Notes under the pieces: model-generated | Told to the model about the DNA's origin: nothing | Databases searched by the model: none | What the model saw: only the letters and a program-made list of their open reading frames with translations | Shown: piece by piece, positions 19,577-28,900 of the stretch | Position numbering within the stretch: position 1 is the first letter of the stretch | How the letters are laid out: each line of letters begins with the position of its first letter | From: Spirochaetia bacterium | GTDB lineage: Bacteria; Spirochaetota; Spirochaetia; DSM-2461 | Direction of reading: 5' to 3' | NCBI GenBank assembly: GCA_963668315.1 | Contig: OY764216.1 | Coordinates: 2,880,001-2,944,000, forward strand | Length of the DNA stretch: 64,000 nucleotides | Position numbers and translations under genes: made by a program

Positions 19577-22500
19577 ATGAGTATCTCAAAGTTTTCCGTA
19601 AATAATCAGGTTTTTCTGAATATATTGATGATCGCCCTTCTGGTGTTCGGATTTTTTTCCGCCGGCAGGATGCCCCGCGAGCAGTATGATGAGGTTCCCT
19701 TCTATTTCGTGAACATCACCGTTCCCTATCCGGGGGCGGGCGCGGAGGATGTGGAAAGGCAGGTCACCATACCCATAGAAAATGAAATGCAGTCCCTCGA
19801 TGAACTTAAGGAGGTCTCCTCCCTGTCGTCGGAGGGGCTCTCCTTTGTTCAGATTCAGTTTGACGACGGGATTTCGGCGGCGAAATTCGATAAGCTTTTC
19901 AGCGATGTGAGAACGGCTTTTTCCAAGGCTTCCCTGCCCGACGGCGTCCAGGAGGAACTTATCGATGACTTCTCCTCCACCGATTTCATTCCCGTGGCGG
20001 AAGTCGTTCTTTCCGGTGATGTGGACTACGCCCGGCTCATCCGTACGGCGGAGCAGATGGAATCGGATATCAGAGCGATTCCCGATGTCTCCGGTGTCGA
20101 GATAGTCGGAGCCCGGGATAAGCAGATTGCCGTTGAACTGGACAAAGCGGCGGCGGAAGCGCGGGGCATTACTCTGGAAGAGGTCGCCCGGGCCATCCGG
20201 GGGGCCAATATGACCGTTCCCGGGGGAACCTTCGTCACCGATGAGGGGGAGTATCTTATCAGGACGACAGGAAGCATTGAGGGAATAGAATCGCTCGGGG
20301 ATATTATCGTGAGAAGGGGCAACGGGAACGGCGGCATCCTGCGGGTGGATCAGGTGGCCCGAGTGAAGGAGCGGTTTGATCCGGAGGGGACAAAGGCCCG
20401 CTTCAATGGAAAGACATCCCTTGTCCTGCGTATTACCAAAGTGCCCGGCGGGGACGGGGTGGGTATCATCGACGGGGTTAAATCCCTCATGGACGAGTAC
20501 CGGGAACAGACCGGCCGCCAGATATCCATCACCCTGGTCAACGATTCCACCATACAGATACGAAACAGTTTGAATGTCCTTCGCAATAATGTCCTCATAG
20601 GGCTGCTTCTTCTCGTGGGAATCCTCTTTCTATTCGTGGGAATCAGAAACAGTCTGATGACGGCTCTGGGTATCCCGGTTACCTTTGCGGCTACCTTCAT
20701 CGTGCTGGAAATCTTCGGGGAGACATTCAATACCAATACACTTTTCGGCCTGGTTTTAGTCCTGGGACTCGTGGTGGATCACGCCATCGTCATTATAGAA
20801 AACGGCTACCGCATGCAGGAGCTGGGACTCAGCCCAAGGGAGGCGGCCGTGAAGGGGACCTCCCAGGTGGCCGTACCGGTTATCGCCGCCACGGCTACGA
20901 CGGTCGCCGCCTTTCTTCCCCTTATGATACTGCCCGGGACAATAGGTAAATTCCTGCGGGTCATTCCTTTTACCGTTTCCATCGCCCTCCTGCTCTCAAC
21001 CGGGGAAGCCCTGCTGTTTATTCCCGCCCATTTCGCCCACTGGCCGGGAAACCGGAAAAGGAGGAATGATTCGGTTCGGTGGATCAGGTTCCGGGACTTT
21101 TTCGGCCGGATTCTCGAAAAACTGTACGGGAAAAAAGGGCTGACCGTATCTATCATTCTGCTGCTTATGGTGCTGAGTTTTACCCTCGTCCCCCTCCTGG
21201 AAACAGATCTGTTTTCCGCCGAGGACTATACGGTTTTTTATATCGATGTGGAGATGGCCCCCGGAACGACGCAGGAGAGAACGGAACAGGTCCTGAGCCG
21301 CTTTGAAGAGAGACTCCTTCCCCTGGTGGGGAACGGGGAGATTACCTCCCTTTCCCTCTCAATAGGATTTCTCGGCAGCGACAGCGGCAGCCGCGTCAGA
21401 AATAATGTGGGTCAGCTGACCGTGGACCTGGCGGAACGGGAGGAGGGGAGAACCCGTTCCATTACGGATATCATGGAGGATGTCCGGACTCTTACGGGGG
21501 ATATCCCCGGGCCGGAGTATGTGGAATACCGGAAGGCGACAAACGGTCCCCCCTCCGATGCCCCGGTGGCCTTCCGTCTCTTCGGAAACAGCCGGGAGGA
21601 ACTGGTGCAGGCTTCTGAGAGACTCCAGGAGGAGCTGAGAACATTTCCCGAACTGTTCAGTATCCGCGATGATTACGAACCGGGTACGCCGGAACTGCAG
21701 ATCACCGTGGACAAGGAGCGGGCCGCTTCATACGGTATGACGCCCCTCACGGTCGGTTTAGCCGTTCAGGAGGCTCTGGAGGGCTACGGGGCCGGTTCCT
21801 ACTTTAAGGACAACGAAGAGATCGATGTGGTGGTATATTACGAAGGGGCCGGTTCGGGAGCCCTGGAAGATCTTCTCCAGCTCTATCTCATTACCCCGCG
21901 GGGTGACAGGATCCCCTTTTCGGCTCTCTGCCGGATAGAGCCGAAATCATCCCCTTCGGCCATAAGCCGTGTCGACGGGAAAAGACAGATTCAGGTAACG
22001 AGCGAAGCCTATGACACGGAGAACCTGCCTGTCATCGACCGGGCCGTACAGCGGGTCTTCGACGAGGAGATCGCCCCCCGGTTTCCCGATGTGACGCTGA
22101 AGCTGGGGGGAGAGTTCTCCGAATTCGGCGACCTTCTCATTCAGATACTGCGTATCTTCCTTATCGGGATTTTTCTCATCTACATCATTCTGGCATCCCA
22201 GTTCAACTCCTATACCCAGCCTCTTATCATCCTCTTTTCCGTACCGCTGGCCTTCATGGGGGTCATTCTGTTCCTGGTCCTTTCGGGAAATCCCTTTTCC
22301 ACCACCGTTATCTACGCAGGGGTGGCCCTGGCCGGCATTGCCGTGAACGATTCCATTGTACTTATAAGCTTCATCAATGAGGAGAGAAGCGAGGGCAGGG
22401 GGATTTCCGAATCTGTGAAGGAGGCGGTTCTGACAAGGCTGAGGCCCATTCTTCTCACTTCCCTGACGACGATTGGGGGGCTCCTTCCCACGGCGGTAGG

Positions 22501-22672
22501 CCTGGGGGGCAAGTCCGTTGTCTGGGGCCCCATGGCGGGTACCATCGTCTTCGGACTCCTCTTTTCGACTCTTACGGCCCTGCTTTTCATTCCCTGCCTC
22601 TACGGGTTTCTTTATGACAGGAAGAAAGGGGCTGGAGCGGCCCTTTCTGATGGGGGAGAAGATAAACGCTGA
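19577..22672 (+). CDS. AcrB-family RND transporter
   Basis: 1031 aa; YPGAGAEDVE, GLVVDHAIVIIEN, RLRPILLT, QFNSY. Confidence 0.95.
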   Translation: MSISKFSVNNQVFLNILMIALLVFGFFSAGRMPREQYDEVPFYFVNITVPYPGAGAEDVERQVTIPIENEMQSLDELKEVSSLSSEGLSFVQIQFDDGISAAKFDKLFSDVRTAFSKASLPDGVQEELIDDFSSTDFIPVAEVVLSGDVDYARLIRTAEQMESDIRAIPDVSGVEIVGARDKQIAVELDKAAAEARGITLEEVARAIRGANMTVPGGTFVTDEGEYLIRTTGSIEGIESLGDIIVRRGNGNGGILRVDQVARVKERFDPEGTKARFNGKTSLVLRITKVPGGDGVGIIDGVKSLMDEYREQTGRQISITLVNDSTIQIRNSLNVLRNNVLIGLLLLVGILFLFVGIRNSLMTALGIPVTFAATFIVLEIFGETFNTNTLFGLVLVLGLVVDHAIVIIENGYRMQELGLSPREAAVKGTSQVAVPVIAATATTVAAFLPLMILPGTIGKFLRVIPFTVSIALLLSTGEALLFIPAHFAHWPGNRKRRNDSVRWIRFRDFFGRILEKLYGKKGLTVSIILLLMVLSFTLVPLLETDLFSAEDYTVFYIDVEMAPGTTQERTEQVLSRFEERLLPLVGNGEITSLSLSIGFLGSDSGSRVRNNVGQLTVDLAEREEGRTRSITDIMEDVRTLTGDIPGPEYVEYRKATNGPPSDAPVAFRLFGNSREELVQASERLQEELRTFPELFSIRDDYEPGTPELQITVDKERAASYGMTPLTVGLAVQEALEGYGAGSYFKDNEEIDVVVYYEGAGSGALEDLLQLYLITPRGDRIPFSALCRIEPKSSPSAISRVDGKRQIQVTSEAYDTENLPVIDRAVQRVFDEEIAPRFPDVTLKLGGEFSEFGDLLIQILRIFLIGIFLIYIILASQFNSYTQPLIILFSVPLAFMGVILFLVLSGNPFSTTVIYAGVALAGIAVNDSIVLISFINEERSEGRGISESVKEAVLTRLRPILLTSLTTIGGLLPTAVGLGGKSVVWGPMAGTIVFGLLFSTLTALLFIPCLYGFLYDRKKGAGAALSDGGEDKR

Positions 22673-22741
22673 TATATGGACGTAAATTTTCCAAATCATG
22701 GCCGGAGTACTGGTTTCTTACTCCCCGAAAGTGGTATGATC

Positions 22742-22842
22742 CGCTGTTGCATTATAAACCGGGCCTTGCCGATTTCAACAGCGCCGGGGTTCAGATCTGC
22801 ACGTTAAGGGCAAAATCGCCCTTTGGGCCGTCCATCCGTGCA
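22742..22842 (+). ncRNA. Putative structured cis-regulatory RNA leader (family not identified)
   Basis: Stems 22742-49/22776-83, 22798-803/22837-42 and 22806-11/22818-23, downstream of extended -10 TGGTATGAT (22732-40). Confidence 0.45.
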
Positions 22843-22859
22843 TTTAAGGAGAAGGGAAC

Positions 22860-23486
22860 ATGTTGAAAGTGGGTCAGTATAATAATTTCCGTGTGGTACA
22901 GGGTACCAACCGGGGCTGGTATATAGAAGAGGCGGGGGAGAAGCTTTTTATTCCCAAGAGAGAGCTTCCTCCGGGGACGATTGTGGGCCATCGGGTTAAA
23001 CTCTTCGTTTACAACAAGGGAAAGGGGGAGATCCGCGCCACGTCGGCCGTTCCCTATGCCCAGGTCAATCAGTTCGCCTATCTGAAAGTAAAGGATGTCG
23101 CCTCCTTCGGGATGTTCCTTGACTGGGGAATCGATAAGGATCTTTTCGTGCCCAACCGTTTTATGAAGGACAAACCCGAGCCGGGTACCTCCCTTATCGT
23201 CCGTCTTGTTCTGGATGAACAGGACAGAAGCGTCATCGGCAGCTGCCTGCTCGACGATTATCTTGAGGAGAAACCCGGAAAGGAACTCAAGAAAAATCAG
23301 CAGGCCCGGCTCCTTATCTGCGGTATCAAGGATATCGGGTTCCGGGTCATCATCAATGATAAGTACCGCGGACTCCTTTACCGGGATGAAAATGCCGATT
23401 CCATACGCTTCGGAGACAAGAAGCAGGGGTATATCAGGAAAATCCGTTCAGACGGCCTTATCGATGTTTCCCTCGATCGGAACTGA
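22860..23486 (+). CDS. CvfB/YitL-family S1-domain RNA-binding protein (short form)
   Basis: FAYLKVKDV..FGMFLDWGIDKDLFVP, GYIRKIRSDGLIDVSL; SD AAGGAG. Confidence 0.85.
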   Translation: MLKVGQYNNFRVVQGTNRGWYIEEAGEKLFIPKRELPPGTIVGHRVKLFVYNKGKGEIRATSAVPYAQVNQFAYLKVKDVASFGMFLDWGIDKDLFVPNRFMKDKPEPGTSLIVRLVLDEQDRSVIGSCLLDDYLEEKPGKELKKNQQARLLICGIKDIGFRVIINDKYRGLLYRDENADSIRFGDKKQGYIRKIRSDGLIDVSLDRN

Positions 23487-24684
23487 TGCGGCCCCTGAGC
23501 AGATAGATCAGATAGAACAGGGTCGCTATGGCGGCGAGGAAGCTGAAGGATGCCTTCAGGCCCCACCTGTCGCCGGTAATACCGATGAGCGGGAAGATAA
23601 TAATCATATATAAGCTGAACGCCATACTCTGGAAGGAGAGAATGGTGGCCCTTCTTTCCGAGGGGATCAGTCTGTTCAGATAGTCCTGTACGGCGACATA
23701 AAGAATCCCCTGGGCAAAGCCGGTCAGGCAGTAAAAAAAAGGAGCCCAGGGCGTCAGGGCGATTCCCCAGAAACAGACAATCAGATAAACGGGAAAAAGG
23801 AGGAACACCCGGTCCGGTCCTATCCTTTTTTCGAATTTCTCGGCTCTTAATCCGGCCAGAGCGCTGAGAAGGGAACCACATGCCAGAATAAGCCCTATGG
23901 TGAACTCATTTCTGCCCCCTCCCTTCCAGTAGGTCTGCAGGTAGAAGTAGAGGCTGGTGATAAACATCATAATCATTTCGGTAAAGAGGATGAGAAAGGC
24001 TATTCTGGGCTTCTCCCTGACAACTCTCAGACTCTCTACCGTCTGTACCTTCAGGGCGCAGAAGCCGCCCATCATGCGAAGGCGGTCCCTTTCTTCTCCG
24101 CCCAGCCGGGGTTCCTCAAAGAAACCGGAGGCGATGACGGCGCAGCCTGCCAGAGCGAAAGCCGGAAGAAATACCCAGGCATAGCCGAGGTAGTGGGCGC
24201 AGTAGCCTCCCGCCAGAAAACTGATTATCGCTCCCGACTCGAAAATGAAGTTATTCCGGCCCGCAGTCTTTTTGTACTCCTCTTCGCGGCCCAGTTCCTT
24301 GAGGGAGTCGTAGATGAGAGCTTCGCCGGCACCGCTTTCCAGGTTATATCCCAGGGCGCAGAAAATAAAACCGGCCGCCTGCACGGTAAATCCCCGGCCG
24401 TAGTAGAGTATGATCAGGCTTATGAGAAAAAGGATACGCCCCCACAGACGGCTTGTTTTCCTTCCCAGAAGATCGGCGACAAGACCGGTCGGAACTTCCA
24501 TCAGAAAACTGGTCAGGTGAAAAATCCCCTCCAGAATACCAAGCTCCGTAAGAGAGTAGCCCCTCAGAGAGAGCCATATCATCCATAATCCCTGTGTGAG
24601 GTTTATGTAACTCAGTCCAAGATAAAGATAATTCTTGGGTAGGTTTGCTTTCAGTCTTTCGCTGTGGTCCTGTCTGTTTTTCAT
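23458..24684 (-). CDS. MFS transporter
   Basis: EVPTGLVADLLGRK, SGAGEALIYDSL, IPSERRATILS; start at MKNRQ. Confidence 0.9.
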   Translation of the reverse strand: MKNRQDHSERLKANLPKNYLYLGLSYINLTQGLWMIWLSLRGYSLTELGILEGIFHLTSFLMEVPTGLVADLLGRKTSRLWGRILFLISLIILYYGRGFTVQAAGFIFCALGYNLESGAGEALIYDSLKELGREEEYKKTAGRNNFIFESGAIISFLAGGYCAHYLGYAWVFLPAFALAGCAVIASGFFEEPRLGGEERDRLRMMGGFCALKVQTVESLRVVREKPRIAFLILFTEMIMMFITSLYFYLQTYWKGGGRNEFTIGLILACGSLLSALAGLRAEKFEKRIGPDRVFLLFPVYLIVCFWGIALTPWAPFFYCLTGFAQGILYVAVQDYLNRLIPSERRATILSFQSMAFSLYMIIIFPLIGITGDRWGLKASFSFLAAIATLFYLIYLLRGRISSDRGKHR

Positions 24685-24706
24685 GGCGGCTTTAGGCCCG
24701 TTCCCT

Positions 24707-25351
24707 TTAAAGTAGTTCTTCCCCCCGGGATTGGAGGGCCTTTTTTTCGGCCTGATTAACCATGAAGAAAAGATTTTCAATTTCTAGACCGATATTCACA
24801 TTATGGATACGGCAGCCCTCTTTGCTCTTCAGTTGAAGGGGGGCGAAATTCAGTATTCCCTTTATGCCGCAGTTCACCATCATCTCCATGGTCTGCATGG
24901 CGGCAGAGTAGGGTACGGCTATGATTCCCACATCAATATGATGTTCGAGAACGTAGGGTTTGAGAATCTCCAGGGGGTAAAGGGGAATATTATTCATTTC
25001 TGCCTGGGGCGGATTAATATCAAAACCGGCGGCGATACGGAAGCCTTCCCTTATATAATCATGATTGATAAGGGCCTTACCCAGATTTCCGCATCCCACG
25101 ATGACGATCTCCTGGAGGCCCGAATCCCCGAGGAGGTGGTTCAGTTTGTCCAGCACACGGTTGATGCTGTAACCTCCTCTTCTGTTTCCCTCAATCTTGA
25201 AATGGGAGAAATCCTTCCTGACAAGGGCGGCGGAAATCTCAAGAGCGTCCCCCAGGTTATTTGAATAGACCCTGTCCAGGCCGAGTGATTTAAACTGAAG
25301 AAGTATCCTTTTGTACTTCATAAGCCGAAGCATCAGGTCCTTTTGTTCCAT
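24707..25351 (-). CDS. rex: Redox-sensing (NADH/NAD+) repressor Rex
   Basis: RLMKYKR, VRKDFSHF, GGY, VGCGNLGKAL, GILNFAP. Confidence 0.93.
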   Translation of the reverse strand: MEQKDLMLRLMKYKRILLQFKSLGLDRVYSNNLGDALEISAALVRKDFSHFKIEGNRRGGYSINRVLDKLNHLLGDSGLQEIVIVGCGNLGKALINHDYIREGFRIAAGFDINPPQAEMNNIPLYPLEILKPYVLEHHIDVGIIAVPYSAAMQTMEMMVNCGIKGILNFAPLQLKSKEGCRIHNVNIGLEIENLFFMVNQAEKKALQSRGEELL

Positions 25352-25374
25352 CAGATGATATCCTTATTTTAATA

Positions 25375-25392
25375 TTGTGAAATATAGTACAT
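25375..25392. promoter_or_regulatory. Putative Rex box (rex-proximal)
   Basis: TTGTGAAATATAGTACAT against consensus TTGTGAA-N4-TTCACAA. Confidence 0.5.
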
Positions 25393-25487
25393 TAAAAGGC
25401 AAATAATATCAATAAGTTGTAATTTAATGTAAGTAACAACTAAGTATATTAGGTATAAAGTTGACCTATGTAATTTTGGCTGTTTTG

Positions 25488-25505
25488 TTGTGAAATAAGT
25501 AACAA
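25488..25505. promoter_or_regulatory. Putative Rex box upstream of the hydrogenase operon
   Basis: TTGTGAAATAAGTAACAA, 18-bp imperfect palindrome. Confidence 0.7.
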
Positions 25506-25641
25506 TATAAAACATAACCGTATCAATAAGGCTAAAGTTTTAACGATTTTCCTTGCGCAGTAAAGGTAAAGTACCGTAAAATATCGTTGACTTTATACAA
25601 TATTAGTCAAAAACAAGATCACTATATGTTAGGGAGGTCCT

Positions 25642-26130
25642 ATGGCAGTAGCTGAAGCGGAAGAGCTTAAAATGTCCGATGAACTTTTGGCTTTCATCGG
25701 TGAATGGAAAGTCAAACCGGGTAACCTTATTATGATTCTTCATCGTGTCCAGGAGGAATTTGGTTATATTCCCCGTCCGGTGGCAATCGAATTAAGCCGT
25801 ATGCTGGAAGTGCCGTTGGCAAAAATTTATGGAGTTATCACCTTTTATCATTTTTTCAAACTGGTGAAGCCGGGTAAGCATAAGCTTCAGGTTTGTATGG
25901 GCACCGCCTGTTACCTGAGGGGAGGCGACGATCTGATTGCCGAGCTGGAGACCATGCTGGGAATCGGTGTTAACGAAACGACCGAGGACGGTCTCTTTTC
26001 CCTGGAAGCTGTACGCTGTGTCGGCTGCTGCGGTCTTGCTCCCGTTGTGGTTTGCGGTTCCGATGTTTATGGAAAGCTGACCACCGATCAGCTGGCGGAA
26101 ATCGTGGCAAAATACAGGAACGCCGAGTAG
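25642..26130 (+). CDS. hydC: [FeFe]-hydrogenase NuoE-like 2Fe-2S subunit (HydC/HndA)
   Basis: QEEFGYIP, VCMGTAC, RCVGCCGLAP. Confidence 0.92.
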   Translation: MAVAEAEELKMSDELLAFIGEWKVKPGNLIMILHRVQEEFGYIPRPVAIELSRMLEVPLAKIYGVITFYHFFKLVKPGKHKLQVCMGTACYLRGGDDLIAELETMLGIGVNETTEDGLFSLEAVRCVGCCGLAPVVVCGSDVYGKLTTDQLAEIVAKYRNAE

Positions 26131-26673
26131 ATGCACTTTGCCGTCTGCGACTATATCCTGGATATGGTTCAGAATTCCATTGAAGCCGGAGCGGACAGAA
26201 TTGAACTTATTCTGGCCGAAAGGTACAACGGATTGACGCTGAACCTCAGGGACAACGGTTGCGGCATGACGGAAGAAGAACTGAAAAAAGCAAAAGATCC
26301 CTTTTATACTGACGGTGTTAAGCATAAGGCCCGGAAAGTCGGGCTAGGTATACCTTTTCTTATTCAGATGGCCGAATCCACAGAGGGGCGATTTGATATA
26401 GAATCAAAGAAGAACGGAGGAACGGAAGTATCCGTTTTCTTCAATACGTCCCATATCGATACTCCCCCTGTCGGGGACCTGGTATCGCTGTTCTTACAGG
26501 CCATGACTTTCGACGGCTCCTATGAGCTGATTATCAGAAGGGTTTTCCCGTCTGGAGGCAGAGAGAGTTATGAGTTGGTCAGAAGCCAGCTCAGCGAGAT
26601 CCTGGGTGATCTGAACCGGGCAGGCAATATGGCGCTGCTCAGGGATTTTATCGCATCCCAGGAAAATGAATAG
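26131..26673 (+). CDS. Stand-alone HATPase_c (histidine-kinase-like ATP-binding) protein
   Basis: DMVQNSIEA, DNGCGM, DPFYT, GLGIP, GGT boxes; no H-box seen. Confidence 0.85.
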   Translation: MHFAVCDYILDMVQNSIEAGADRIELILAERYNGLTLNLRDNGCGMTEEELKKAKDPFYTDGVKHKARKVGLGIPFLIQMAESTEGRFDIESKKNGGTEVSVFFNTSHIDTPPVGDLVSLFLQAMTFDGSYELIIRRVFPSGGRESYELVRSQLSEILGDLNRAGNMALLRDFIASQENE

Positions 26674-26694
26674 AAGACGAACAAGGAGACAATA

Positions 26695-27084
26695 ATGGCT
26701 AAGATGACCCTTGAAGAACTCCGTAAACTTCGCTCCGGCGAAAAACAGGCCCTCAGCAACAGAGATATAGAGGGCAAGGAAGTTCAGGTTATAATTGGTA
26801 TGGGAACCTGCGGAATCGCCGCCGGCGCCAAGGATACCATGGACAGCTTTGTTAACTGCATCAACAGTAACGGGCTTCAGAACGTGACCATCAGACAGAC
26901 AGGCTGCATGGGACTCTGTTACGCCGAACCTACGGTGGAAATCAAGATGGCCGGCATGGCCGACACGATTTACGGCAACGTCAATGCCGAAGTGGCCAAG
27001 GAGATCGTGGAAAATCATATTCTGCACAAGAGGCTGGTTGATAAGCACGTTTTCGATAAACCCGCCGCCGATATCACACAGTAG
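26695..27084 (+). CDS. Thioredoxin-like 2Fe-2S ferredoxin subunit (HndB-like)
   Basis: IGMGTCGIAAGA, TGCMGLCYAEP. Confidence 0.88.
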   Translation: MAKMTLEELRKLRSGEKQALSNRDIEGKEVQVIIGMGTCGIAAGAKDTMDSFVNCINSNGLQNVTIRQTGCMGLCYAEPTVEIKMAGMADTIYGNVNAEVAKEIVENHILHKRLVDKHVFDKPAADITQ

Positions 27085-27095
27085 GAGACGAGAAA

Positions 27096-28889
27096 ATGGC
27101 TATTAAAACTTATGTAATGGTCTGCGGCGGAACGGGGTGCGAATCCTCCCGCGCGGACGACATATACAAAAACCTCCATAAGGAGGCGGAACTGCAGGGC
27201 GTCAGCGATGACGTTCAGATCGTTAAAACCGGTTGTTTCGGTTTCTGCGAGCAGGGACCCATTGTTAAAGTTCTTCCCAATGACCATTTCTATGTACAGG
27301 TCGTTCCCGAAGATGCCAAGGAGATTATCGCCGAGGATATTCTGAAGGGCAGGGCGGTCAAGCGTCTTCTCTATAAAGAAGAGAACATGACCGAAATGAA
27401 GAACAACGAAGGGGAAGACATCAAGTTCTACCAGAAACAGCTTCGTATCGTTCTGCGGAACTGCGGTCTCATCAATCCCGAAAATGTGAATGAGTATATC
27501 GCCAGAGACGGTTACCTGGCTCTGGAAAAGGTCCTTTTCGAAATGAGTCCCGACGATATCATCGAAGAGTTGAAGAAATCCGGGCTGAGAGGACGGGGCG
27601 GTGCCGGCTTCCCCACGTGGATGAAGTGGAACTTCTCCAAGCAGGTCGACAACGATGTCAAATATGTCGCCTGTAACGCCGACGAGGGCGACCCCGGCGC
27701 CTACATGGACCGCTCCGTACTGGAAGGGGATCCCCACTCCGTACTGGAAGCCATGACCATTGCCGGTAAGTGTATCGGCGCCAATCTGGGTATCATCTAT
27801 ATCCGCGCCGAGTATCCCCTGGCCATCAACCGTCTGAAAACCGCCATGGGCCAGGCCCGTGATCTGGGACTTCTCGGCAAGGACATCCTCGGTTCGGGAT
27901 TCGATTTCGATATCGAACTCAGACTGGGAGCGGGAGCTTTCGTCTGCGGTGAAGAGACAGCCCTCCTTCAGTCCGTTGAAGGAAACAGGGGTATGCCCAT
28001 TCCCAAGCCTCCCTTTCCCGCCGTGGAAGGTCTCTGGCAGAAACCCACCGTTATCAACAACGTGGAAACCTACGCCAACATACCCGTAATCATCAGCAAG
28101 GGCGGCGACTGGTTCGCCCAGTTCGGTACGGAAAAATCCAAGGGAACCAAGGTGTTTGCCCTGACCGGCAAGGTTCAGAACTCCGGCCTTGTGGAAGTGC
28201 CCATGGGATCCACCCTGCGGGATATCATCTTCGATATCGGCGGCGGCATCAGGAACGGCAAAAAGTTCAAGGCCGTTCAGACCGGCGGACCCTCCGGCGG
28301 TGTTATCACCGAGGACATGCTGGATATGCCCCTGGACTTCGACAGCCTCCTCTCCATCGGTTCCATGATGGGTTCCGGCGGTATGATCGTTATGGACGAG
28401 GACGACTGTATCGTGGACGTGGCCCGTTTCTACATGGACTTCTGCGTGGAAGAGTCCTGCGGAAAGTGTTCGCCCTGCCGGATCGGTACCAGAAAGCTTC
28501 TCGACTACCTGGAAAAAATCACTAAGGGCAAAGGGCAGATGGAAGATCTGGAGAACATGGAGAGAATCGGCAAGCATATGCATAAGTCGGCTCTCTGTAT
28601 GCTCGGCGGTTCGGCCGCCAACCCCATCCTTTCCACCCTGAAAGCCTTCCGCGAAGAGTACGTGGAACACATCCAGGAGGGCAAGTGCCGCGCCGGTAAA
28701 TGCAAGGCTCTCGTTCATTACGAGATTCTTTCCGACAAGTGTATCGGCTGTACCGTCTGCGCCAGAAAGTGTCCCGTCAACTGTATCACGGGAGAGAAGA
28801 AGAAGCCCCATGAGATTGATCAGTCAGCCTGTATCAAGTGCGGTCAGTGTTACGAAGGTTGTAAGTTCAACGCCATTGTCATTAAGTAA
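27096..28889 (+). CDS. hydB: NuoF-like FMN/NADH diaphorase subunit (HydB/HndC)
   Basis: LRGRGGAGFP, CNADEGDPG, GAGAFVCGEETAL, ESCGKCSPCR, C-terminal 2x[4Fe-4S]. Confidence 0.95.
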   Translation: MAIKTYVMVCGGTGCESSRADDIYKNLHKEAELQGVSDDVQIVKTGCFGFCEQGPIVKVLPNDHFYVQVVPEDAKEIIAEDILKGRAVKRLLYKEENMTEMKNNEGEDIKFYQKQLRIVLRNCGLINPENVNEYIARDGYLALEKVLFEMSPDDIIEELKKSGLRGRGGAGFPTWMKWNFSKQVDNDVKYVACNADEGDPGAYMDRSVLEGDPHSVLEAMTIAGKCIGANLGIIYIRAEYPLAINRLKTAMGQARDLGLLGKDILGSGFDFDIELRLGAGAFVCGEETALLQSVEGNRGMPIPKPPFPAVEGLWQKPTVINNVETYANIPVIISKGGDWFAQFGTEKSKGTKVFALTGKVQNSGLVEVPMGSTLRDIIFDIGGGIRNGKKFKAVQTGGPSGGVITEDMLDMPLDFDSLLSIGSMMGSGGMIVMDEDDCIVDVARFYMDFCVEESCGKCSPCRIGTRKLLDYLEKITKGKGQMEDLENMERIGKHMHKSALCMLGGSAANPILSTLKAFREEYVEHIQEGKCRAGKCKALVHYEILSDKCIGCTVCARKCPVNCITGEKKKPHEIDQSACIKCGQCYEGCKFNAIVIK

Positions 28890-28900
28890 GGAGTAGAATT

